Source: a virus. Taken from it: a stretch of 36,059 bases of DNA. Below the pieces are notes generated by a model, which searched no databases, was not told where the DNA came from, and saw only the letters and a list, made by a program, of their open reading frames with translations. Below are positions 26,413 through 33,313 of this stretch, piece by piece (position 1 is the stretch's first letter; every line of letters begins with the position of its first letter). The position numbers and the translations under genes were made by a program. The stretch lies in IMG/VR virus record IMGVR_UViG_3300037502_000347, positions 1 through 36,059 of that record. One strand, written 5' to 3'.

Positions 26413-26755
26413 TGATTACCTCTATATTTACTACACATGCACCATTAGGGCAAGCATCACCACGAATAATACGCAAATCATCTACCTGGCTATCATCATC
26501 ATACACCCCAGCGTTCATGAGAGCATCGAGGATAGCTTTGAGCAGATTGTCAATATCAAATATGCGACGACTACGGGGACGAATAACAATGTCCATACGA
26601 AGGCGAGCGCTGCCAAGTTTAGGAATTTGATTGTCAATAACATATTCCTGAACAGCATGTTTAAATTCCACACCAGATTTCGATAGAAAACGTCGTTTGC
26701 CATTGGCTCTCCAGTATGTATTGACTGACGGTGGATATGGTAAGGTCAGTATCAT
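26405..26755 (-). CDS. rusA: RusA-family Holliday junction resolvase
   Basis: 116 aa. MILTLPYPPSVNTYW...FDIDNLLKAILDALMNAGVYDDDSQV carries the RusA hallmark motifs. Confidence 0.85.
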   Translation of the reverse strand: MILTLPYPPSVNTYWRANGKRRFLSKSGVEFKHAVQEYVIDNQIPKLGSARLRMDIVIRPRSRRIFDIDNLLKAILDALMNAGVYDDDSQVDDLRIIRGDACPNGACVVNIEVING

Positions 26756-26937
26756 GCTTTTAATGCGTTTAAACGTGAATTAATGTCAGCATTATTGTAC
26801 TCTTTCAAGTAAGACTTCAATGCGTTATTAATAATATGCGCCCTAGGCATCTCTTTATCCTTAGATGCAATATCCAACAAAGCTCTAGTCTTTGGTGTTA
26901 GGCGCACAAGGAAGTTACTATAATCACTAGCAGCCAT
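26752..26937 (-). CDS. Ribbon-helix-helix (Arc/CopG-like) DNA-binding protein
   Basis: 61 aa. LVRLTPKTRALLDIASKDKEMPRAHIINNALKSYL fits a beta-strand followed by two helices. Confidence 0.6.
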   Translation of the reverse strand: MAASDYSNFLVRLTPKTRALLDIASKDKEMPRAHIINNALKSYLKEYNNADINSRLNALKA

Positions 26938-27052
26938 AATCTGAATCCCCTAAATCATCATTGTCAAACAATTTGTCTGTAACATACTCTATAAACAGCC
27001 ATAAGCCTAAACCTATCAATCCAATAAGCAACATACCACCTAATACTTTCAT
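26927..27052 (-). CDS. Small membrane protein (41 aa), first ORF of the late arm
   Basis: My translation is MKVLGGMLLIGLIGLGLWLFIEYVTDKLFDNDDLGDSDYGC. Its stop overlaps the start region of the next gene. It is below the track cutoff. Confidence 0.5.
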   Translation of the reverse strand: MKVLGGMLLIGLIGLGLWLFIEYVTDKLFDNDDLGDSDYGC

Positions 27053-27085
27053 AATGTCAATCTTTCTATATCTAACATATATCCC

Positions 27086-27113
27086 AGTATATCATAATAA
27101 AATACTTGCACAA
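27086..27113 (-). promoter_or_regulatory. Candidate late-arm promoter with an extended -10
   Basis: The minus strand reads TTGTGC, 16 nt, then TATACT, with TG immediately upstream (tgaTATACT). Confidence 0.35.
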
Positions 27114-27602
27114 TATATATTTTAGGAGTAGAGTATTTCTTACGGGGCCATTACCCAGCCCTTGCAAATGTAGCTTCGACAGATGCAGATAAACGTATCG
27201 AACCGCAGGGTACTCCTTAAACGTCTACCATCAAGACATGGTGACTATAAATATCGGGGCCGTGAGCTGTGGGTTCTCATTAGAGAATAGATTAGATAAA
27301 CGAGAGAAGCGCAGTATGGTTGGCGAACGCAATAACTAAAGTCTGTCTTTATAAACACCTGTAATCATAAGACGTGGCAGGTAAGACGAAAGCAAGTAGC
27401 CAACAGTATTGTTAATAACTGAATACTTATTTATTCGGGTTAGGTTTAATACGTCCTCACTTACTACCATGATTTCTTATCTAGACATATACCTCAGACC
27501 AATTAACTTGTGGTCACTGCACAAACCTGAAAAAACTAGCGAAAAATTGAGAGGAATACCCCTAGCACAGCCCGTAGGGTGGGGGGGGGAACATACCCGA
27601 CG

Positions 27603-27703
27603 TTAGCCACAGCTTACCCACAGATGAACTCACAGGATATGCACAACGTTATCCACATGGTTATCCACAGTGTTATGAACAGGTTGCTAACAGGATATGC
27701 ACA
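27603..27703 (+). promoter_or_regulatory. Cluster of same-orientation DnaA-box-like 9-mers (candidate replication origin)
   Basis: The 9-mers are TTAGCCACA (27603), TTACCCACA (27614), TTATCCACA (27649), TTATCCACA (27661) and TTATGAACA (27673). In addition, caggATATGCACA occurs twice (27633 and 27691). The consensus is TTATNCACA. Confidence 0.6.
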
Positions 27704-27704
27704 G

Positions 27705-28295
27705 CTACTTGAAAGCTGCTAACAGTTCAGTGCGAGAGATGCCGCGAGAGACTAACTGCTCAAGGCGTAGAAGGTCAGAGTCACTTTTCAGAGAGTGACT
27801 AACAACTAGTAGCGCCTCATCAAATGTTATGCGTGAATCACTTACAGTCTGATTGATAGTGCGTGCCTTGCGTGATTTGGTATTAGTCATTGTTATGCTT
27901 TCATGTGTTGGAATATCTAAAGGTACATTGCTTATTGCTAATTGGTCGACGTGATTAATCTTTTCATCATATATGACACGCTTTAAAGCCCCTCTTAAAC
28001 CTGTATATCCTTTTCTGACAATCTCAAAGTATCCGAGCTTTTGTAACTTCATCATGCCGCGTGATATGTTTGGTTGAGATAAGCCCCTCAATTCAGCCAT
28101 TGTCGAATAGGCAACGAATGTAAAACCATTATTAGAGCAATATGAACACAATGTAATTAGATTGATTAAATCACCCCTTGTTAGCCTCTTATCGTGAATG
28201 GCTCTTAATGGCACAACAGAATAGTAACGCCCGTCTGGCTTCTTTTCTTTCAAGCTAATACTAGGTTTATCAGGCAGTTTAAACATATCAATCAA
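27705..28295 (-). CDS. Winged-HTH DNA-binding protein (replication initiator or repressor candidate)
   Basis: 196 aa. VVPLRAIHDKRLTRGDLINLITLCSYCSNNGFTFVAYSTMAELRGLSQPNISRGMMKLQKLGYFEIV fits the HTH_36-type pattern. The track start at 28295 is TTG, and the first ATG is at 28286. The gene is divergent from the early promoter and adjacent to the DnaA boxes. Confidence 0.65.
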   Translation of the reverse strand: MIDMFKLPDKPSISLKEKKPDGRYYSVVPLRAIHDKRLTRGDLINLITLCSYCSNNGFTFVAYSTMAELRGLSQPNISRGMMKLQKLGYFEIVRKGYTGLRGALKRVIYDEKINHVDQLAISNVPLDIPTHESITMTNTKSRKARTINQTVSDSRITFDEALLVVSHSLKSDSDLLRLEQLVSRGISRTELLAAFK

Positions 28296-28326
28296 TTTTA
28301 CTTATCAATCTTAAGTTTATCATTTA

Positions 28327-28375
28327 AAGATATGATTACGATATATCTTGACAGCAAAATGTAATGCTTTAAGAT
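28327..28375 (+). promoter_or_regulatory. Early promoter with an overlapping palindromic operator candidate
   Basis: The promoter is TTGACA (28348..28353), 16 nt, TAAGAT (28370..28375). The inverted repeat AAGATAT (28327..28333), 9 nt, ATATCTT (28343..28349) overlaps the -35. Confidence 0.5.
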
Positions 28376-28418
28376 GCGATTCATGCGCTATTGCATAACA
28401 CTATTAAAAGGAACTATT

Positions 28419-28559
28419 ATGTGGCAAATCAAAGCATTTAAAACACAAGCCGAACTTACACGCTGGTGTCAACGCAATTATGGCAAATACCAATTTGTTG
28501 ACGTATTCTTAAACAATGCTTATGGGGTTGAGTACCGCCCTTTGAGAAAGGTTTATTAA
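28419..28559 (+). CDS. Small early protein (46 aa)
   Basis: The ATG at 28419 has an AAAGGA SD. The sequence is MWQIKAFKTQAELTRWCQRNYGKYQFVDVFLNNAYGVEYRPLRKVY. The longer track ORF from 28374 would start inside the promoter -10. Confidence 0.6.
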   Translation: MWQIKAFKTQAELTRWCQRNYGKYQFVDVFLNNAYGVEYRPLRKVY

Positions 28560-28560
28560 T

Positions 28561-28653
28561 ATGTTAGACACATATCAATCAATCAGCACTCTTGGCAATG
28601 CTTTAATACTTGCCGCATTAGCACTATTTATTTACATGATTTTTAAACGATAA
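28561..28653 (+). CDS. Small membrane peptide (30 aa)
   Basis: My translation is MLDTYQSISTLGNALILAALALFIYMIFKR. It starts directly after the previous stop. Confidence 0.4.
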   Translation: MLDTYQSISTLGNALILAALALFIYMIFKR

Positions 28654-28665
28654 GGATACGATACC

Positions 28666-28992
28666 ATGCACGCTAAAATCTATTTATATGACTTTCAAGA
28701 CGCTTTCAACAAGGTACGCCCTAGTAACTTTAGCCGTGAAGGGCAAGAGGTTCTTTTTAATTATTTAGAAGAGCTTGAGCAAGATATTGGTGAGAGCCTA
28801 GAATTTGATGTTATTGCCTTGTGTTGTGATTATGCCGAAATGACACTAAATGAAGTTATTTATTCTTATGGCTTAGAATCAGATACAACCTTTGATGAAT
28901 GCCACCAATGGATAGCTGAACAGACTGCACTGTGCGGCATAGCCGACCCAAGTTTTACCGAACAAAAGACTTTTGTATTCCAACAGTTTTAA
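28666..28992 (+). CDS. Early hypothetical acidic protein
   Basis: 108 aa. FSREGQEVLFNYLEELEQDIGESLEFDVIALCCDYAEMT is a motif I recall from phage/plasmid early genes. The SD is AAGGA. Confidence 0.65.
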   Translation: MHAKIYLYDFQDAFNKVRPSNFSREGQEVLFNYLEELEQDIGESLEFDVIALCCDYAEMTLNEVIYSYGLESDTTFDECHQWIAEQTALCGIADPSFTEQKTFVFQQF

Positions 28993-29075
28993 AGCTATTT
29001 TCAAGCCTTTGTTATGCGAGGGCTTGAGGGCTAGCTTTAGCCAATACGATAACCAACACGATAAAGGATACTATT

Positions 29076-29306
29076 ATGAATGTTCACAATCAGCTTAAAG
29101 TATTAAATGACTTAGGCGTTACTTATCACAATTTTGGCACTATTAAACTAGGGCGCAAAAAGTTACATGATTATTACGAATCAGACAACGTGACAATTGA
29201 GCAAGAAAAAGAGCTTATTAGCCAAGGCGTAATTTTAAAAGGTTGTCGTAAACAATACGCGCCAGAATTAAAAAGCGTTTTAATCTGCTTTCCTATAGGG
29301 CTTTAA
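29076..29306 (+). CDS. Early hypothetical protein
   Basis: 76 aa ORF with an AAAGGA SD, in the same operon. Confidence 0.6.
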   Translation: MNVHNQLKVLNDLGVTYHNFGTIKLGRKKLHDYYESDNVTIEQEKELISQGVILKGCRKQYAPELKSVLICFPIGL

Positions 29307-29308
29307 TT

Positions 29309-29500
29309 ATGAATACATTATTAGCCAAACCTGATGTTAAAACAATAACAGCCCATAGGAATCCCACGCTTTACGAATTAAAAGTTGGCTATGGTGCTAT
29401 ACATTATAAGGATTTTGACGTTGATGTATGGAAAAAGCCAAACGGCACACTTAAACGCTGGATTGTCTGCCAGTTTGACGGCTTGCGTTATTACAGATAA
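29309..29500 (+). CDS. Early hypothetical protein
   Basis: 63 aa ORF that starts 2 nt after the previous stop. Confidence 0.55.
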   Translation: MNTLLAKPDVKTITAHRNPTLYELKVGYGAIHYKDFDVDVWKKPNGTLKRWIVCQFDGLRYYR

Positions 29501-29510
29501 GGGGTTAGTT

Positions 29511-29678
29511 ATGAATTACATTAGCAAAGATTATTTTATTCAATACAACATTGGCAAAGTTAAATATTGCCTATCCTATTTTATTGGCAATAGATACGAA
29601 GATGGCTCGAAAAGATATGAGATTAAAACATTTAAGAGCAAAAAGGCACTAAACAGCTTTATTAAAACTGGTGAATAG
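29511..29678 (+). CDS. Early hypothetical protein (55 aa)
   Basis: The ATG at 29511 has an AAGGGG SD. It is the in-frame part of track ORF 29385..29678 and is followed by a terminator. Confidence 0.5.
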   Translation: MNYISKDYFIQYNIGKVKYCLSYFIGNRYEDGSKRYEIKTFKSKKALNSFIKTGE

Positions 29679-29684
29679 CAGACT

Positions 29685-29707
29685 AGCCCCTTAATTGGGG
29701 CTTTTTT
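29685..29707 (+). terminator. Intrinsic terminator of the first early unit
   Basis: The sequence is AGCCCC ttaatt GGGGCT TTTTTgtg. Confidence 0.8.
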
Positions 29708-29984
29708 GTGCCTATTCGTTGCGCTAGGCGGTCTATTTCGCATTATCTTATTTTGTTAATGGCATAACATAGGCTAATTAATGAACTCGTTAAATAGGCA
29801 TGTTAGAATTGCTCAATATTTAGGCAGTTTAATTTATTGCTCAAACCTTAACCAATGGTTTGCATTTTCTGCATTTTTTAAACTTTTCAGCTCATTTTTT
29901 TGTGAAATCTGCAAATCAGAATATAAGCGAAGGGGCGCGGAAATTATTTTTAACGCGTGACGTTAAACGTTTGCCGTTATTTTT

Positions 29985-30317
29985 TTATATTTGACTAGCC
30001 TTTTTCAATTCTTCCGCTTTCAACTTAGCCCCCTCAACATTTTCAAACTTTCCTATCCACGTTGAAGGCAGCTCCCACAATATATACATAGGCGAGGGGC
30101 CGTCGAAAACTTTTGAGATTGAATAGCCCTTGAGTTTTATCACACGGTCTGGGTCGTTCTTAGCATACGGCACACTGACTATTGCATACTTACCCCAAGG
30201 CCACCATTTAATCAATCTTACCACCCCATTGTGCAGCCATTGCATCAGCGATACCTTGGAATGTTCTACTTCTTGCTTTCCATCTAGGCTCACCATTATT
30301 GCCTCTTGATGCCTCAC
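29985..30317 (-). CDS. Hypothetical protein downstream of the methyltransferase (true start probably 30215..30245)
   Basis: The track ORF starts at GTG, deep inside the MTase gene. Plausible starts are TTG at 30215, GTG at 30224 and ATG at 30245. The core sequence is LIKWWPWGKYAIVSVPYAKNDPDRVIKLKGYSISKVFDGPSPMYILWELPSTWIGKFENVEGAKLKAEELKK. Confidence 0.5.
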   Translation of the reverse strand: MRHQEAIMVSLDGKQEVEHSKVSLMQWLHNGVVRLIKWWPWGKYAIVSVPYAKNDPDRVIKLKGYSISKVFDGPSPMYILWELPSTWIGKFENVEGAKLKAEELKKASQI

Positions 30318-30831
30318 ACCAATGAATTGCTTTGCCTTTACTTTTCTCGCCTTGACAAATGTACAATGGCTCAGGCTTTGGAATGATTGTGTCTTTGTAT
30401 TCTAAATTAGGTAAATTCTTTGTCCAAAAACAAGTTCTCTTTTGATATGGGTCTCCAAAATAATATGGATGTACAATCTGGTCGGGCTTTCTCCATACAG
30501 TATTCATCCAACCTACAGGATTTTCTACGCATATCTTATCAATAGGTAAATCATATAACTTCATAAAGAAGTCTCTAGCTTCTTCTCTTAACTCAGCTCT
30601 GCCTGGTTTATTCCAATGCCTAGTCCCTGCATAAGTTAAATAAGTGCATGGTGGATGCGCTATCAGCAAATCAAAAGTCTTATCTTTAATGAACTCAAAG
30701 ACATCACCTTGATAGTGATATGGTGAATTGTCGTCACTTGGCTCTAAGTCACATGACCAAGCATCATGCCCTAACTTTCTAAATGCTTCTCTTACTCTAC
30801 CACTATATTCACAAGCAATTAATACTTTCAT
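30208..30831 (-). CDS. Short C5-cytosine DNA methyltransferase-like protein
   Basis: 207 aa. AHPPCTYLT matches the motif IV Pro-Cys and ENPVG matches motif VI. The N-terminal VLIACEYSG stands in place of FxGxG. It resembles a short phage MTase-like family (recollection). Confidence 0.6.
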   Translation of the reverse strand: MKVLIACEYSGRVREAFRKLGHDAWSCDLEPSDDNSPYHYQGDVFEFIKDKTFDLLIAHPPCTYLTYAGTRHWNKPGRAELREEARDFFMKLYDLPIDKICVENPVGWMNTVWRKPDQIVHPYYFGDPYQKRTCFWTKNLPNLEYKDTIIPKPEPLYICQGEKSKGKAIHWCEASRGNNGEPRWKARSRTFQGIADAMAAQWGGKID

Positions 30832-31296
30832 TTTATACCTTTCAGACAGGGCAAGACACGATATGGTGAACTACCCATATTCATGCCATTACCAAAGTAA
30901 CTGCATCTAACCAGAGGTTGCTTATTCATTCTATCAGGCGCTCGTCCGTGAGCCACACGCTAATACTTCACCAATTTACCTGTTTTCCCTAGTACCTAAG
31001 CAAGTCTAGGCGGCATCGTGTCTTTTAATCTAATGCCATCACTTTAATTGTTAGCCACCGTGACATGGTGCATTGCTTTGTTGATTGGCGAACAGTACCT
31101 TGAAATGACAAAGCCCCTAGAGGTCTTGGCTTCCCTGTCCGACCACAGGTGCTAATTGAATAGCTCGAAACCAAAACCTTTAGAGGCTTTAAGTTATGAT
31201 GTAGTCGGACATCAACGAAACCATTATAAAATAAATGCAAGTTGTGGTTTAATTATGTTGCTAACAAAAGGAAGCAATTAGTTTTGCTTATTGAAC

Positions 31297-31325
31297 TTGA
31301 CAGATTGATTAAAATAAATCATTAT
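31297..31325 (+). promoter_or_regulatory. Candidate promoter of the second early unit
   Basis: TTGACA (31297..31302), 17 nt, CATTAT (31320..31325). It lies 66 nt upstream of the gene at 31392. Confidence 0.4.
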
Positions 31326-31391
31326 ACGGATAGCTGATAGATATATATATTAGCAATTGTATCACGTTGATACGACAACTAGGAGACAATA

Positions 31392-31634
31392 ATGGCTTTA
31401 CAAGATGGAACATTAGAAACCTTTGAAGTATTCGGTATTGAGCTAGATGTGATATACGAATGCGATATTGAGGTAGACCCTTATGGTACAGGCGACAGCC
31501 CTACTACATACTCAGTTACAATTCATTCAGTAGAAACAACAGACAGCACAATCAATATTGAGGAGTTGCTATCTAAGCGTGTCATGGATGCTATTGAAGA
31601 TGAGATTATTGCATTGGAAGGCTCAATGCTATGA
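31392..31634 (+). CDS. Very acidic early protein (80 aa)
   Basis: The SD is AGGAG. By my count it has 19 Asp/Glu and 2 Lys/Arg. It is the first gene after the promoter. Confidence 0.65.
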   Translation: MALQDGTLETFEVFGIELDVIYECDIEVDPYGTGDSPTTYSVTIHSVETTDSTINIEELLSKRVMDAIEDEIIALEGSML

Positions 31635-32218
31635 GTGAGCAACAATATCAAGCAGAAGTAATGGACGAACTTAAACAACACCAGGAGACAATTATGACTA
31701 CATACGCAAAACTACGCACGATTAATGTAAATGAATACACAGAAAAGAAAGGTCAGCTTACCTATTTATCATGGACATGGGCTGTAGACCAATTGCTAAT
31801 GCAAGACCAGACAGCTACATGGGAATTCCCAGAGCCTAAATACTTTGGTGAATCAGTGATGGTATTCTGTAACGTGACAGCACTAGGCAAGACAATGAAG
31901 ATGCAATTGCCAGTCATGGATAACCGCAACAATGCTATTGCTAATCCTGATACTCGTAAGATTAGTGATGCTACAATGCGTTGCCTAGCTAAGTGTATTG
32001 CTTGCTTTGGTATTGGCTTATACATCTATGCTGGTGAGGACTTGCCATCACTTGACGTGGAGCCAATTCTGTTAGCACTAGGAAAAGTTAAAGATAAAGA
32101 AGCTCTTAAAGTAGCATACAAAAAAGCAATGTCAGATTGCAATGGCGACAAAGACGCAGAAGCGCAAGTCATTCAACGCGCTAAAGAAATCTCAACTCTA
32201 TTTGACGAGGTGGCATAA
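31631..32218 (+). CDS. Single-strand annealing protein, Sak/DUF1071 (Rad52-like) family
   Basis: 195 aa. LTYLSWTWAVDQLL...CIACFGIGLYIYAGEDLP fits the family. The gene is adjacent to the exonuclease and SSB genes. Confidence 0.65.
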   Translation: MSEQQYQAEVMDELKQHQETIMTTYAKLRTINVNEYTEKKGQLTYLSWTWAVDQLLMQDQTATWEFPEPKYFGESVMVFCNVTALGKTMKMQLPVMDNRNNAIANPDTRKISDATMRCLAKCIACFGIGLYIYAGEDLPSLDVEPILLALGKVKDKEALKVAYKKAMSDCNGDKDAEAQVIQRAKEISTLFDEVA

Positions 32219-32361
32219 TGTTTGAACTAATTGCAGACTTTAGAAAGTTATCTCCACCACCAAAGCAATTGCTTGATGAACATGCTACAAAAGTAGCAAA
32301 GTTAATTGAGCAGATGGGCGATAAATATAGACTATCAACATCAATGCCGAGGAAACAATAA
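32218..32361 (+). CDS. Small hypothetical protein (47 aa)
   Basis: My translation is MFELIADFRKLSPPPKQLLDEHATKVAKLIEQMGDKYRLSTSMPRKQ. TAATG overlaps lie at both ends. Confidence 0.5.
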   Translation: MFELIADFRKLSPPPKQLLDEHATKVAKLIEQMGDKYRLSTSMPRKQ

Positions 32362-32975
32362 TGGAAACGATTGAACAGGGAAGTGAAGCGTGGCTACAGC
32401 TACGACTAGGTAAGATTACAGCATCACGCATTACAGATGTGATTGCACAAGTTAAGTCTGGTGAAGCAGCAGGCCGTGAAAACTACCGCATTGAGTTAGT
32501 ATGCGAACGTTTGACAGGCAAGCCAACAGAAGGCTTTACCAATGCACACATGGAACGTGGCACAGAACTAGAGCCATTTGCTAGAGCATGGTATGAGGTA
32601 GAGAAGGGTGAGTTTGTTAAGCAAGTGCCATTCGTTGACCATCCTACTATCAAGAATGCAGGGGCTAGTCCTGATGGCATCATTGGTGAGGGCTTGATTG
32701 AGATTAAATGTCCGATGGCTAAGACACATATCAAGTATTTGCTAGAGGATAGAGTGCCTGCAAAGTATATGCCGCAGATGGCATGGCAGATGGCTTGCAC
32801 ACACAGCAAGTGGGTAGACTTTGTATCGTATTGCCCAGAGCTTCCACAAGATATGCAAATGTTTATCAAGCGTTATGAGCGTGATGATGCCTACATTGCA
32901 GAGCTAGAAGCAAAGGTCATTGAGTTTGACATCGAGGTCGAGCAAGTCATTGCTAGATTGCGTGGCACAAAATGA
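32361..32975 (+). CDS. YqaJ/lambda-Exo-type recombination exonuclease
   Basis: 204 aa. It contains QGSEAWLQLRLGKITASR and PDGI...EIKCP, a PD-(D/E)xK motif. Confidence 0.85.
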   Translation: METIEQGSEAWLQLRLGKITASRITDVIAQVKSGEAAGRENYRIELVCERLTGKPTEGFTNAHMERGTELEPFARAWYEVEKGEFVKQVPFVDHPTIKNAGASPDGIIGEGLIEIKCPMAKTHIKYLLEDRVPAKYMPQMAWQMACTHSKWVDFVSYCPELPQDMQMFIKRYERDDAYIAELEAKVIEFDIEVEQVIARLRGTK

Positions 32976-33094
32976 TTGCGCTGATACTTGCATTCACATT
33001 GATGAACGGCACAGATATTTATGAGCCAGTCAAGATGCCAGATGGTAGAGTTCTTAAATGTGTGACTACACCAACAGGAACTTTTTGTTACTAA
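32972..33094 (+). CDS. Small hypothetical peptide (40 aa)
   Basis: My translation is MIALILAFTLMNGTDIYEPVKMPDGRVLKCVTTPTGTFCY. An ATGA overlap joins it to the exonuclease stop. Confidence 0.4.
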   Translation: MIALILAFTLMNGTDIYEPVKMPDGRVLKCVTTPTGTFCY

Positions 33095-33100
33095 GGAATA

Positions 33101-33304
33101 ATGATGACACCATTGTATAATGTAGTTGCTAAATGCGGCACATACAAAGACAAGCAAGGAAACAAAGTTCAGAAATGGGCAAAGGTAGGAGTGTCAGTTG
33201 ACACTAGAGAAGGTGGCATTGCATTAAAGATTGATACATTGCCAGTTGATTGGGATGGTTGGCTACAACTTGCTGTCCCGAACGACAAAGATTATAACTA
33301 TTAG
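33101..33304 (+). CDS. Hypothetical protein
   Basis: 67 aa with an AAGGA SD, located between the exonuclease and SSB genes. Confidence 0.6.
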   Translation: MMTPLYNVVAKCGTYKDKQGNKVQKWAKVGVSVDTREGGIALKIDTLPVDWDGWLQLAVPNDKDYNY

Positions 33305-33313
33305 GAGCAGTAA

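Noticed and set aside
27409-27606. 65-aa plus-strand ORF in the origin-proximal tract
   Set aside because: It starts at TTG with no SD and has an implausible sequence. It runs through the G9 tract.
28374-28418. The N-terminal extension of the first early ORF (MRFMRYCITLLKGTI...)
   Set aside because: That ATG lies inside the predicted -10 of the promoter. The ATG at 28419 has an SD.
29781-29960. 59-codon plus-strand ORF (MNSLNRHVRIAQYLGSL...) after the early terminator
   Set aside because: It lies downstream of a strong terminator and has no SD. Its Phe-rich, AT-driven composition suggests it is not coding.
30930-30960. GGCGCTCGTCCGTGAGCC as an SAH- or SAM-riboswitch-like element ahead of the methyltransferase
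   Set aside because: Only a 4-5-bp stem is present. The order of the conserved blocks that I recall for SAH riboswitches does not match.
27232-31093. Shared short words between the two long non-coding tracts: caagaca..tggtga, CCGTGAGC and TTGGCGAAC, in the same order
   Set aside because: Matches of 8-9 nt between two ~500-nt sequences are expected by chance, at about one or more per comparison. The spacing also differs greatly, so there is no evidence of paralogy.
31025-31240. 71-aa minus-strand ORF in the long intergenic tract
   Set aside because: It has no SD and a random-looking sequence. Its start lies upstream of the only plausible minus-strand promoter.
26938-31391. tRNA, tmRNA or integrase/attP features in the non-coding tracts
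   Set aside because: No cloverleaf-compatible T-loop (GTTCGAATC-like) or acceptor pairing was seen by eye. No integrase gene exists in the genome.
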